From a virus (taxonomy: Duplodnaviria > Heunggongvirae > Uroviricota > Caudoviricetes), in IMG/VR virus record IMGVR_UViG_3300016476_000987: a DNA stretch of 64,000 nucleotides. One strand, 5' to 3'. Below, piece after piece: positions 9,982 through 19,574 of the stretch. The translations under genes and the position numbers were made by a program. The notes below the pieces were generated by a model, which saw only the letters and a program-made list of their open reading frames with translations, did no database searches and was not told where the DNA came from. The first letter of the stretch is position 1. Each line of letters starts with the position of its first letter.

Positions 9982-10641
9982 ATGGAAAAAGTAAAAGCCT
10001 TTATAGTAAATAGGAATCTATTAACTACATTAACTAATACAGTTGAATTTCTTAAAAAAGAATCTAGAGTTGATATTATTATATTCGATCAACAATCTAC
10101 CTATCCCCCTTTATTAGACTATTATAAAAATAGTGGGGTTTCTGTTGTTTTTTCTAATGATAACGACGGTCCTTATAATGTATGGAAAGGCCAATTAAAT
10201 CCTTATTTTAATGATTCTCCTTATATTGTAACAGATTCGGATTGTTTGTATGATACAGTTCCAGACGATTGGTTTGATAAAATGTTAGAAGCTTTGAATA
10301 ATAATCCTGTGCTCAAAGTAGGGTTTTCTTTAGAAATAAATGATTTACCAGATACATACATGGGAAATTCAGCTAGAGGATGGGAAACGGGATATTGGCA
10401 TAGTAAGAATCAATATGGTTGGCAATCTCCTATAGATACAACCTTTGCTTTATATAAGCCACATTCAAGTCATGATATTAATCCTGCGATAAGATTAGAT
10501 AGGCCTTATTGCATAAAACACGTACCTTGGTATTTGACAAAAGAGAACATTACAGAAGAGTGGTTATATTATTTAGAGCATGCGTCCAGCGCTTCTTCAT
10601 GGGGATCAAAACTAAAAAGATTAATTGAAAATGAACAATAA
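9982..10641 (+). CDS. putative nucleotide-diphospho-sugar transferase (GT-A-like)
   Basis: N-terminal beta-alpha pattern AFIVNRNLL..IIIFDQQS and a DxD-like VTDSDC. This is weak, motif-level evidence only. Confidence 0.35.
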   Translation: MEKVKAFIVNRNLLTTLTNTVEFLKKESRVDIIIFDQQSTYPPLLDYYKNSGVSVVFSNDNDGPYNVWKGQLNPYFNDSPYIVTDSDCLYDTVPDDWFDKMLEALNNNPVLKVGFSLEINDLPDTYMGNSARGWETGYWHSKNQYGWQSPIDTTFALYKPHSSHDINPAIRLDRPYCIKHVPWYLTKENITEEWLYYLEHASSASSWGSKLKRLIENEQ

Positions 10642-10713
10642 AAAAATGATGATAATCTTTTTAAGTAAACCCATCTATTGACTAGCATTTATTACATTTA
10701 AAAGTAATTATTT

Positions 10714-11295
10714 ATGAATTACATAGGAGACATTTCAAAAAATGATTTTATAGTGCTGAAGCAAGCAGCGGAAATGTATAAAAACATATTAGAATTTGGA
10801 GTAGGCGCTAGCACTCAAGTTATATTGAATTATACTTCCGGTAATTTTTTATCAATTGATACATCATCAGAATGGGTAGATCTTACAAAAAAAAATTTGA
10901 GCTATCTTAATATAAACAAGCCTATAAACATGATGATGTACCATGAGTTTAAACCTTCATTAGACGATAGTTACGATTTTGTATTTAATGATGGAGTCGA
11001 TGAACTTAGATTAGAGTTTGGACTATCTATATTTCCATACATAAAAATTGGAGGCATAATAGCTTATCATGATACAAGGAGAAATAAAGATATACTAAAC
11101 GTAACAAGTCTTATAAATAAATACCATAATGAAATTGATCTTATTGAAGTAAATAAATATGGTTCTAATATTACAGTAATTAGAAAAAAGAAAGAGGAGC
11201 CTTACGAAGATTGGAACATTGCTGAAGGTAAGACTTATTTGAAAAAAGGAGGGTATATATTCAAAGACACTATTCCACCTCCTCATATGGCATAA
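10714..11295 (+). CDS. class I SAM-dependent methyltransferase-like protein
   Basis: Motif I-like ILEFGVGASTQVIL, followed by acidic FVFNDG and IIAYHD. Confidence 0.5.
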   Translation: MNYIGDISKNDFIVLKQAAEMYKNILEFGVGASTQVILNYTSGNFLSIDTSSEWVDLTKKNLSYLNINKPINMMMYHEFKPSLDDSYDFVFNDGVDELRLEFGLSIFPYIKIGGIIAYHDTRRNKDILNVTSLINKYHNEIDLIEVNKYGSNITVIRKKKEEPYEDWNIAEGKTYLKKGGYIFKDTIPPPHMA

Positions 11296-11333
11296 ATTGC
11301 TAAATATTCCTTACATTTGAAAAAACAATAATT

Positions 11334-11522
11334 ATGGATTGGTTACATTTTTGCTTATTTGCCCTATTGCTAGTTTCTGTAGGAGTGTTATTTTATTTCA
11401 ATAGCAGGCAAAATAAAATAAATACTGCTCTTTCTACATTTACTACCATCGCTAGTTTAGCTTTTGCAGAGGTGAAAAAAGAAATAGACGAACTTAAAGA
11501 AAAACTTGAAAAAAAACAGTAA
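11334..11522 (+). CDS. small membrane protein
   Basis: One hydrophobic helix (FCLFALLLVSVGVLFYF) followed by a charged coiled tail. Confidence 0.5.
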   Translation: MDWLHFCLFALLLVSVGVLFYFNSRQNKINTALSTFTTIASLAFAEVKKEIDELKEKLEKKQ

Positions 11523-11524
11523 CT

Positions 11525-11767
11525 ATGCAAGCAGGATCTTTAGTTTTATGCATTCAGGGATATCCTGGCCTTTTAGAAGAAGGGCAAATTTATACCGTTG
11601 ATTCTTTGGAAGAGCATGAGAGAACTAAAACTATAGGAGTATGGTTGTATGAAGTATCTCCTCCCCCTCCGCATCTAGGATTTTCCGTTCATCGATTTAT
11701 TGAAATTCAAGAACCTTTAGACGTTAACTCCTTAGTAAAAGATGTTTTATATGAAAGTAAAAATTAA
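11525..11767 (+). CDS. hypothetical protein
   Basis: 80-aa ORF starting 3 nt after the upstream stop. Confidence 0.5.
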   Translation: MQAGSLVLCIQGYPGLLEEGQIYTVDSLEEHERTKTIGVWLYEVSPPPPHLGFSVHRFIEIQEPLDVNSLVKDVLYESKN

Positions 11768-12176
11768 AAAACTACATCCTAACGCAGTAATTCCTAAATA
11801 CGCAAAGGAAGGAGATGCAGGACTAGACTTAGTAGCTACTGAGGTTTATGAAGACTCTGAGGATCGAATTACTTATGGAACTGGCGTAGCTATAGAAATC
11901 CCCGAAGCATATTTAGGTCTCCTCATGCCTAGATCTTCTGTGAGAAACTATGATCTTATTCTATCAAACTCTGTTGGACTTTCGGATAGCGGATATCGGG
12001 GGGAGATTATGGCTACTTTTAAAAAGACAAAAGGATTCTACAGCAAAGCGTATTTTCCAGGAGAGCGTATTGTTCAATTAGTTATACTACCTTACCCCTA
12101 TATTTCTTTTGAGGAAGTGGAAGAACTGTCTGATTCTGAGAGGGGAGCCACAGGGTTTGGTAGCTCAGGTAAATAA
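11751..12176 (+). CDS. dut: dUTP diphosphatase
   Basis: Motifs AGLDL, PRSS, GLSDSGYRGEI and ERGATGFGSSG. An alternative start exists at 11742. Confidence 0.92.
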   Translation: MKVKIKKLHPNAVIPKYAKEGDAGLDLVATEVYEDSEDRITYGTGVAIEIPEAYLGLLMPRSSVRNYDLILSNSVGLSDSGYRGEIMATFKKTKGFYSKAYFPGERIVQLVILPYPYISFEEVEELSDSERGATGFGSSGK

Positions 12177-12181
12177 TAGTT

Positions 12182-14485
12182 ATGTTTGATAAGAAGTATG
12201 TTTTGGTAAATAGTGAGGAATCGCTAATAGAAATGGTTTCTCATATTAAATCTTTTAATATTATATCTTTTGATACGGAAACTACTTCTTTAAATCCAAG
12301 GAAAGGCAATATAGTGGGATTGTCCGTATCTGCTGAAGTAGGGATAGGCTATTATATGCCTACTTATTTGATGAAAGAAGGAGAGCTTGTTGAAGCAGAA
12401 ATTGCCGGTACTTCTTGTAAAGAGTTAGCCAGAAAGACCTTTAACTTATTGAAAAAGAAAAAGTTAGTAGGTCATAATCTATCTTTTGACTGTAGGTTTG
12501 TTTATCACGAATATGGTATAGACTTAGTTCCAAGCATTTACGCTGATACTTTATTGTTAGTACACACAGTATCTGAAGAAGGTATTGGCGTAGGCGGATC
12601 TTTTGCTCTTAAAGAAATTGCTAAAGGCATACAAGAGCATATAGGATTAGACATGGATAAAGAGGCTAACGAAGAACAGATAGAACTGAAGGCCTCTATA
12701 AAAGCTAATGGAGGGTCTACTACTAAAGAAAACTACGAAATCTACAAGGCAGATATAGATATTCTGTGTAAGTATGCTTGCGCAGATACTGACTTGACTC
12801 TTAGGGTATTTAATCACTTCTCCGACATACTAAAGGAAGAAAAACTAGAGTCTTTCTTTTATGAAGAAGAGGTTATGCCTTTGTATAAAGAAGTAACCAT
12901 TCCTATGGAAATGAACGGAGTTCTATTAGATATAGAACTCATGGAATCATCTAGAAAAGAAATAAAAGAAGACCTAGCTAAATACAAAAAGTTAGTTATT
13001 TCAGAACTTCTTAAAGATGATAGAGTTAGGGATTGGGTAGTAGCGAAAGCCATAACAGAGTTCCCAACCAGCAATAAAGGGAGGTTTGTCCAAGAATTGA
13101 TAAAAGTAACCGGCCAGGAATTCCCAGTATCTGCTAAAACCGGAAAATACTTAGTAAATGCTACTAATGTAAAATTGTGTGCTAATGAAGAGACTAAAGA
13201 GTTTCTTCTTACGGGAGATCCTAGTCTTATAGATGAAAATCTGTCCCTTAAAATAAGCATATCTTTATGGAAGGAAACTCAAGACGGAGATTTCTTTAAC
13301 ATACAATCCAAAGATCATTTAGGTCAAATAGCTTTTACTGCACTAGGAATGACTCCTATATCTACTACAGATAAAGGAAAGGCTCAATTCGATGATGATT
13401 TTATTCAATCCATCTCTGATAAACATGAGTGGGCTAAGAACTTACGCATATACAATAAACTGCTGAAGATAAAGTCTACATACATGGACCGGTTCCTTGA
13501 AAAGCAAGAGAATGGGATGTACTACTTTTACTATAAGCAGCATGCCACAGTATCCGGAAGATATGGATCAGACGCTCAACAGCTACCCAGACCTAAAGAA
13601 GAAGGAGAAGAGGACCCTATTGTACTGAAATACAATAATCTTATACGGGCTTTCTTTATATCAAAACCAGGGAACGTGTTTATTGATTGTGACTATGAGT
13701 CTTTGGAGCCTAAAGTATTCTCTCATGTATCTGGAGATGAAGGATTAAAGGACATTTTTAAGAATAATTGGGACTTTTACTCTACGATTGCTATAAAAAC
13801 TGAGAAGCTGCATCAGTACTCACCTGACAAAAAGGCACCCAACTACCTAAAGAAACTGGCAAATGATGTAAGACAGAAGGCTAAGGCATACTCTTTGGGG
13901 ATTGCTTATGGCATGGGAGCCTATGCTTTAGGTAAAAATATCAACGTTTCTACCAAAGAAGCAGAGAAGCTTGTCGAAGGTTATCTAAATGGGTTTCCTG
14001 AATTGAAAAGGTGGATGGAAGAATCCAGAGAGTTTGTAAAGAAAAACGGCTATATTAAAACTCAAGTAGGAAGAGTTCGACATTTATCAAAAGTTTCCTA
14101 TCTTTACAAGAAGTTTGGAGATAATCTTTTAGAATGGGATTATCAAAGAAAGCTAGAAGAAAAGCTAGGTAAAGACTTGGTTGTGAATATGGTAAGGGAT
14201 TATAAGAACGGTTTGAATAATGCAATGAACGTACAGATTCAAGGCTTAGCAGCATCTATTGTTAATAGGTCTGCTATAGCTATAAACCGTGCTTTTAAAG
14301 AAGCCGGAATAAAAGGACAAGTAATTGCACAGATTCATGACCAGTTAGTTATGGAAGTAGAAGAGGCAAGAGCGGAGGAGGCATCTAAAATAGTACAGGA
14401 TAAGATGGAAAACACAATCAATCTTACTGTAGAATTGAAAGCTCCTCCTGCTCTTGCTCATAATCTTAGAGATGGTCATGGCTAA
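12182..14485 (+). CDS. family A DNA polymerase with 3'-5' exonuclease domain
   Basis: ExoI FDTETTSL, ExoII GHNLSFDCRF, ExoIII YACADTDLT. SGRYGSDAQQLPRP. Motif A DCDYESLEPKVF, motif B RQKAKAYSLGIAYGMG, motif C QIHDQLVMEV. Confidence 0.95.
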   Translation: MFDKKYVLVNSEESLIEMVSHIKSFNIISFDTETTSLNPRKGNIVGLSVSAEVGIGYYMPTYLMKEGELVEAEIAGTSCKELARKTFNLLKKKKLVGHNLSFDCRFVYHEYGIDLVPSIYADTLLLVHTVSEEGIGVGGSFALKEIAKGIQEHIGLDMDKEANEEQIELKASIKANGGSTTKENYEIYKADIDILCKYACADTDLTLRVFNHFSDILKEEKLESFFYEEEVMPLYKEVTIPMEMNGVLLDIELMESSRKEIKEDLAKYKKLVISELLKDDRVRDWVVAKAITEFPTSNKGRFVQELIKVTGQEFPVSAKTGKYLVNATNVKLCANEETKEFLLTGDPSLIDENLSLKISISLWKETQDGDFFNIQSKDHLGQIAFTALGMTPISTTDKGKAQFDDDFIQSISDKHEWAKNLRIYNKLLKIKSTYMDRFLEKQENGMYYFYYKQHATVSGRYGSDAQQLPRPKEEGEEDPIVLKYNNLIRAFFISKPGNVFIDCDYESLEPKVFSHVSGDEGLKDIFKNNWDFYSTIAIKTEKLHQYSPDKKAPNYLKKLANDVRQKAKAYSLGIAYGMGAYALGKNINVSTKEAEKLVEGYLNGFPELKRWMEESREFVKKNGYIKTQVGRVRHLSKVSYLYKKFGDNLLEWDYQRKLEEKLGKDLVVNMVRDYKNGLNNAMNVQIQGLAASIVNRSAIAINRAFKEAGIKGQVIAQIHDQLVMEVEEARAEEASKIVQDKMENTINLTVELKAPPALAHNLRDGHG

Positions 14486-14514
14486 ATTTATGATATTTAT
14501 AGTAAATAAATACT

Positions 14515-15279
14515 ATGAATAATAACTACGTTGTTTACCAACATAGAAGATTAGATAATAATCAAATTTTTTATGTTGGACAAGGATTGTTAAGCAGAGC
14601 TTATCAAAATCAAGTGAACAGAAGAAACACTAATTGGATAAAAGTAGTCAAAGAAGCAGGAGGATTTATAGTAGATATATTAAAAGAAGGACTTAGTAAA
14701 GAGGAGTCTTTGATTATAGAATCTGAGTATATAAAAAAATATGGAACTATAAAACATAACACTGGAATTCTTGTAAATGAAAGACTGTCCGGGAGTAGAG
14801 GAGTAAAAAGTGGCTACACCCACTCTGAAGAAAAAAGAAAAGAGATAAGCGAAAAAACAAAAAAAGCCATGCAAAATCCGGAAACAAAAAAAAGATTAAT
14901 AGAAAGTCATTTAAAATATTGGGAAAATTCGGAAAATCATATAAAAGCTTCTATTTCTACTAAAGGAGTTCATGCTGGCAGTAAACACCCAATGTACGGT
15001 AAAACTCATTCGGAAGAGTCTAAAGATAAAATGTCAAAAGCTAAATTAGGAAAAAAAAGATCTTTAGAAGCAATTGAAAAATTAAAAAAAAGAATTCCTT
15101 GGAATAAAGGACTTAAAGGAGCATATAAACAAAAACAAGAGACTATAGAAAAAAGAAAAAATACTTTAAAAAATAGACCCTATACTCCTCAAAAAAAAGT
15201 AGAATGTCCTTATTGTAAATTAATAGGCGGTTTTACTAATATGAAAAGATATCACTTTGATAATTGCAAAAACAAATAA
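14515..15279 (+). CDS. GIY-YIG homing endonuclease with NUMOD3-like repeats
   Basis: N-terminal YVVYQH..IFYVGQG and a conserved Glu region ESLIIESEYI. Repeated GxTHSEExK segments (GYTHSEEKRKEISEK, GKTHSEESKDKMSKAK). C-terminal CPYC...FDNC. Lies directly after polA. Confidence 0.75.
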   Translation: MNNNYVVYQHRRLDNNQIFYVGQGLLSRAYQNQVNRRNTNWIKVVKEAGGFIVDILKEGLSKEESLIIESEYIKKYGTIKHNTGILVNERLSGSRGVKSGYTHSEEKRKEISEKTKKAMQNPETKKRLIESHLKYWENSENHIKASISTKGVHAGSKHPMYGKTHSEESKDKMSKAKLGKKRSLEAIEKLKKRIPWNKGLKGAYKQKQETIEKRKNTLKNRPYTPQKKVECPYCKLIGGFTNMKRYHFDNCKNK

Positions 15280-15289
15280 ACAAAAGATA

Positions 15290-15775
15290 ATGGTTATTAA
15301 AAAAAACACACATGCTCCGCTTAGGTTTCCTAAATTGCTTATTGGGGAAGTCCTTATTAGCGCTGTTGTAGAATTTACAGACTCTTGTAGGTACGATGTA
15401 GGAGAAGATCAACTAGATGTCAATAAACTATTTGGTATCGGATACTTCCCTACTCATCATACTAATAGCGTAAGATTTGGATGGAGATACGATAAAAATG
15501 TAGATAAGATAGAAATCTTAGCCTACTATTATTTAAATGGTGATAGGCATTTTGATACTCTGACTTGGGCAGATATTGGAGTTTCTTATAGATGCGTTAT
15601 CTTTATTGAGCCCAATAATCATACTTTGTGTATGGGTAAAAAAGATATAGGAAGTTTGTTTGAAGTAGAACATTCCGTTCCTGTTAAAAGAAAATCTGTA
15701 GGGTACCTTCTTAGGCCTTACTTTGGCGGAAACAAAAAAGCACCTCACAACATAGAAATTAAAATTGAGATATGA
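15290..15775 (+). CDS. hypothetical protein
   Basis: Start moved to MVIKKNTH to avoid overlap with the endonuclease gene. No motif recognised. Confidence 0.5.
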   Translation: MVIKKNTHAPLRFPKLLIGEVLISAVVEFTDSCRYDVGEDQLDVNKLFGIGYFPTHHTNSVRFGWRYDKNVDKIEILAYYYLNGDRHFDTLTWADIGVSYRCVIFIEPNNHTLCMGKKDIGSLFEVEHSVPVKRKSVGYLLRPYFGGNKKAPHNIEIKIEI

Positions 15776-16068
15776 GAAAAGTAGTAGCATTACACGACAA
15801 AGTTGTTCTTAAAAAAATTGAAGACGAAGACAAAGTAGTAGGAGGGATTATCATTCCCGATACCGGTAAAGAAAAATCAAACTATTTTGAGGTAGTTGAT
15901 ATAGGCCCAGGAATGTACCATCCTCACGTAATTAAAGAATATTATCCTATGGAGACATGTGTAGGAGACGTTGTTATTGTCCCTAAAGCAGTAGTAACGC
16001 AGATAATTGTAGACGGGGATGAATATTATGTTTGTAGAGAAGTAGAAATTCTAGCAATAATTAAGTGA
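15772..16068 (+). CDS. groES: co-chaperonin GroES-like
   Basis: VLKKIEDEDKVVGGIIIPDTGKEKSNYFEVVDIGPG matches the Cpn10 mobile-loop region. The ATGA overlap with the upstream gene and its position upstream of groEL support the call. Confidence 0.8.
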   Translation: MRKVVALHDKVVLKKIEDEDKVVGGIIIPDTGKEKSNYFEVVDIGPGMYHPHVIKEYYPMETCVGDVVIVPKAVVTQIIVDGDEYYVCREVEILAIIK

Positions 16069-16075
16069 TATAGAT

Positions 16076-16285
16076 ATGGACAAACATTTTGCTGTATTAG
16101 TAGATGTTCCTACAAAAGGAGAAATGATGTTGTTTCTTGGTTACTATGAAGATAATAAAGAGCAAATGGATGAAAGATATGAAGAGGTATCTATGGATCT
16201 TCCATTAACTCCTATCCTTGATAAATTGAAATCACACAAGTATAAATTGTTTAAACAAAAAGAAATAAATAATGATCAAGACTGA
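16076..16285 (+). CDS. hypothetical protein
   Basis: 69-aa acidic ORF between groES and groEL, overlapping the groEL start by 14 nt. Confidence 0.45.
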   Translation: MDKHFAVLVDVPTKGEMMLFLGYYEDNKEQMDERYEEVSMDLPLTPILDKLKSHKYKLFKQKEINNDQD

Positions 16286-17945
16286 ATTTGGAAATGAGCT
16301 AAAAAGTAAACTGCTCAGCGGTATTTGTAAATTGAATGATAGCGTATCCTCTACTCTCGGTCCTGGAGGTAGAAACGTTATTATCCGGGATGAGGATGGC
16401 AACATTAAAGTAACGAAAGACGGAGTTACTGTAGCCAGGGCTTTCTCTAAGCTTGAGGATGATATTGAAGACATCGGTGCTCAGATGATCCGTAAAGTGT
16501 CTGAGAAGTCTGCTGATAAAGCAGGAGACGGTACTACAACCTCTACTCTCCTGGCTACTGTAATGGTAGAAGAAGGAATCAAAGTTATCACTCAGGGATG
16601 TAATGCCGTAGAAGTTAAAAAGGGTATTGACATTGGAGTAAAAAAAGTAGTAAGCCTTCTTAAAGAACTCTCAAGAGAAATCTCTTCTGATGATCAAATC
16701 AAACAAGTAGCTACTATCTCTGCCAATAACGATGTTGAAGTAGGAAATCTTATTGCAACAGCGATTGATAAAGTAGGTACTGACGGTGTTGTAGCTATTG
16801 AAGAATCTAAGACTGGTGAGACTTCTCTGGAAGTTGTTGAGGGTATGATGTTTGATCGTGGGTACAAATCCCCTTATTTTGTCACCAATCAGAATACTAT
16901 GCAAGCCGTTCTGGAAAAGCCACTTGTATTTCTGTATGATGGCAAAATAATGAACTCTAGCCAAGCAGTACCAGTTCTACAAGCAGCTGCTATGGAAAAT
17001 AGGCCCCTTCTTATTGTTGCGGAAGAAATCGAAGGAGAAGCCCTGGCTCTTCTTGTAGTAAATAAAGCTAATCAAACGATTAAGGTCTGTGCAGTAAAAG
17101 CTCCAGACTTTGGAGATCGTAGGACTGCTATTCTGGAGGACATCGCTATTCTAACCGGTGGAACTGTCCTGTCTCCTAACAAAGGTCACAAGCTTGATAA
17201 AATGAAGCCGACCGAGTTCAAAGCACATTTCGGAGAAGCAAGGGTAGTTAATGTTACTTCTAAAGACACTACAATCGTAGATGGAAAAGGATCAGCAGAG
17301 GCTATTGAGCAAAGACTGAACGAGATTAAGACTCAAATTGATATTGCTAAGTCTAATTTTGAGATTGAGAAACTTCAAGAAAGGTTGTCTAAACTTACTG
17401 GAGGAGTAGCTATCGTTAACGTAGGAGGTCTTAGTGAAGTGGAAATGAAGGAAAAGAAAGATCGTGTAGAAGATGCTCTTTACGCTACCAAAGCTGCGTT
17501 GGATCAAGGTATTGTCCCAGGAGGAGGAATGGCCCTTGTTATGTGCTCTTATAGGCTTCTTAAAGAAGCTATTACTGAGAACTCAGATCAACAAATTGGA
17601 GTTAGTATTGTATATAAATCATTAGTAGCTCCATTCAGAAAGATTATGCAAAATGCAGGGATTGAAGATTATCATTCTATGCTTAGTGAAATTCGTGATC
17701 TTAGAGTCGAGCATGAAAAGAAGCATCCCGAAGATCCTATGTTTCTCTGGTATGGATACAATGTGAAACTTGGAAATTTTGTTAACATGTATAAGGAAGG
17801 GATTATAGATCCGACTAAAGTAACTAGGACCGCCATAGAGAACGCAGCTAGCGTAGCCGGTACAATCCTTACTACAGAATCAGTAATCTTCTCAGTAGGA
17901 GAAAAAAAGAAAGAAGAAATTGATTACAGCCAATTCATGCAATAA
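16272..17945 (+). CDS. groEL: chaperonin GroEL (Cpn60)
   Basis: Full-length Cpn60 signature: [76 protein letters not shown]. The Gly-Met-rich C-terminal tail is absent. Confidence 0.97.
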   Translation: MIKTEFGNELKSKLLSGICKLNDSVSSTLGPGGRNVIIRDEDGNIKVTKDGVTVARAFSKLEDDIEDIGAQMIRKVSEKSADKAGDGTTTSTLLATVMVEEGIKVITQGCNAVEVKKGIDIGVKKVVSLLKELSREISSDDQIKQVATISANNDVEVGNLIATAIDKVGTDGVVAIEESKTGETSLEVVEGMMFDRGYKSPYFVTNQNTMQAVLEKPLVFLYDGKIMNSSQAVPVLQAAAMENRPLLIVAEEIEGEALALLVVNKANQTIKVCAVKAPDFGDRRTAILEDIAILTGGTVLSPNKGHKLDKMKPTEFKAHFGEARVVNVTSKDTTIVDGKGSAEAIEQRLNEIKTQIDIAKSNFEIEKLQERLSKLTGGVAIVNVGGLSEVEMKEKKDRVEDALYATKAALDQGIVPGGGMALVMCSYRLLKEAITENSDQQIGVSIVYKSLVAPFRKIMQNAGIEDYHSMLSEIRDLRVEHEKKHPEDPMFLWYGYNVKLGNFVNMYKEGIIDPTKVTRTAIENAASVAGTILTTESVIFSVGEKKKEEIDYSQFMQ

Positions 17946-17960
17946 TTTAAATTAATAAAA

Positions 17961-18200
17961 ATGGAGCATAATCCCCTAGCAGGAGTTAAATTTGAACAGA
18001 CATCCGGAGTAGTTTGTGAAAAATGTAAAGAAGCTGTTTTTTCCGAAGCTCTTATCCTTAGAAAGGTGTCTAGATTTTTGGTAGCCACTACTAGTAATAA
18101 AGACACTCTTATTCCGGTACCTGTTTTTTATTGCGTAAATTGCAAGCACGTCAATAAAGAATTTTTACCGGAAGGGTACACACAAGAGGATTCAGAATGA
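17961..18200 (+). CDS. zinc-ribbon protein
   Basis: CEKC...CVNC pairs. Confidence 0.5.
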   Translation: MEHNPLAGVKFEQTSGVVCEKCKEAVFSEALILRKVSRFLVATTSNKDTLIPVPVFYCVNCKHVNKEFLPEGYTQEDSE

Positions 18201-18376
18201 ACATAGATGAGATAAATGACAAAATAAAGATTTGTCAACAAAAAATTAACAGTTGCAGTGAAAGATTAGAAGCCGTAACTGATTCCAATACTTCTATGGA
18301 TGAGTACAATAATATCGTCCTGGAATTAGATAAAGCTATAGACGAACTTACTGAACTGATTAAAATCATAGAATGA
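18197..18376 (+). CDS. small coiled-coil protein (59 aa, below the ORF-track cutoff)
   Basis: ATGA overlaps at both ends (17961 gene stop and 18373 gene start). Translation MNIDEINDKIKICQQKINSCSERLEAV...ELTELIKIIE. It explains the spurious antisense ORF 18235..18567. Confidence 0.55.
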   Translation: MNIDEINDKIKICQQKINSCSERLEAVTDSNTSMDEYNNIVLELDKAIDELTELIKIIE

Positions 18377-19308
18377 AAGAGTTCCTGGGTATTTCTGAAG
18401 AGATAAAGAATAAAATAAGAGAAGGGAAGAGGAGCGATCAAAAGAATATTTCTTTTAGTCAATTCTCGGTTTACGAATCTTGTCCGTACCGTTGGTACCT
18501 TACTTATGCTAAGGGAAACTATCTGTTTTCGGCTAGCATAAATACTGTATTTGGTACAGCTATTCATGAAGCTCTTCAGGAATACCTCAGGATCTTATTT
18601 GAAGTAAGTGCTAAAGAAGCAGATCGTTCTGATATTTTAGGCATATTTGAAACCTCTTTTAAAAGAGAGTACTTAAAAGAAGTAGAAAGTAATGGAGGAG
18701 TTCATTTTTCTAATAAAATAGAAATGATGGAGTTCTATGAAGATGGAGTACAAATATTAGAACAGTTTAGAAAAAAAAGGCAGCAGTTCTTTTCTAATAG
18801 AAAGCAAGAACTTTTAGGAATGGAAATTCCTTTATTAGTAGAAATAAAGGAAGACACTGATACTTTTTTATTCAATGGATTTATTGATTTAATTTATCGA
18901 GATAAAGAAGACGGTACGATTTACATAGAAGATATAAAAACATCCACAAAAGGCTGGTCTAAATATGAAAAGTCAGATGAGACCAAACTTTCACAGCTTC
19001 TTCTATATAAAAACTTCTTTTCTAAGCAATATGGATTTGACAAGAAAGATATTGTCCCCCAGTTCAGAATTCTAAAAAGAAAGCTTTGGGAAAATGCAGA
19101 ATTCCCTCAGAGCAGGATACAAACTCATGAGCCAGCGAATGGTACAGCAAAAGTAAATAATGCAGTACAAAGGCTTAATGTGTTCATCAATGAATGTTTT
19201 AATATTGATGGTACGCCTAAAGAAAAAGAGTATCCTAAAAAACCTTCCACTAATAATTGTAGATTTTGTCCTTTTAAAGATAGGCCGGATTTGTGCAATA
19301 AAAAGTAA
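18373..19308 (+). CDS. PD-(D/E)XK nuclease with Cas4/AddB-type Fe-S cysteine cluster
   Basis: N-terminal CPYRWY, core FNGFIDLIYRDKEDGTIYIEDIKTS (D..ExK), and C-terminal CRFCPFKDRPDLC. Confidence 0.75.
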   Translation: MKEFLGISEEIKNKIREGKRSDQKNISFSQFSVYESCPYRWYLTYAKGNYLFSASINTVFGTAIHEALQEYLRILFEVSAKEADRSDILGIFETSFKREYLKEVESNGGVHFSNKIEMMEFYEDGVQILEQFRKKRQQFFSNRKQELLGMEIPLLVEIKEDTDTFLFNGFIDLIYRDKEDGTIYIEDIKTSTKGWSKYEKSDETKLSQLLLYKNFFSKQYGFDKKDIVPQFRILKRKLWENAEFPQSRIQTHEPANGTAKVNNAVQRLNVFINECFNIDGTPKEKEYPKKPSTNNCRFCPFKDRPDLCNKK

Positions 19309-19331
19309 GTAATTTCTTTCGTTTTTGCATA

Positions 19332-19355
19332 TTTGTATATATTTATATATACAAA
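19332..19355. promoter_or_regulatory. perfect 10-bp inverted repeat (candidate operator)
   Basis: TTTGTATATA (19332-19341), a 4-nt spacer, then TATATACAAA (19346-19355). It ends 10 nt before the start of the RHH-like gene. Confidence 0.4.
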
Positions 19356-19364
19356 CTGTATATT

Positions 19365-19562
19365 ATGCGAAGCGAAAACTTAAAACTTACTTCCGTAAAA
19401 ATACATAAGGATTTAGCTGACAACTTTAAAGTTGAAAGTGCGTTGACTGGTTTTTCGTTGCAAAAACTGGTCAATCGGAGTTTGCACCTGTTTATGACAG
19501 ATCCAGACTTCAAAGTAAAACTTATGTCTTATAGCACACTCTCACCGAGCGGAAGTCTTTAA
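19365..19562 (+). CDS. putative ribbon-helix-helix DNA-binding protein
   Basis: 65 aa with a beta-strand-like LTSVKIHKDL followed by two helices (ADNFKVESALTG, SLQKLVNRSLHLF). First gene of the sugar island. Confidence 0.4.
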   Translation: MRSENLKLTSVKIHKDLADNFKVESALTGFSLQKLVNRSLHLFMTDPDFKVKLMSYSTLSPSGSL

Positions 19563-19574
19563 AAGAAATGATTT

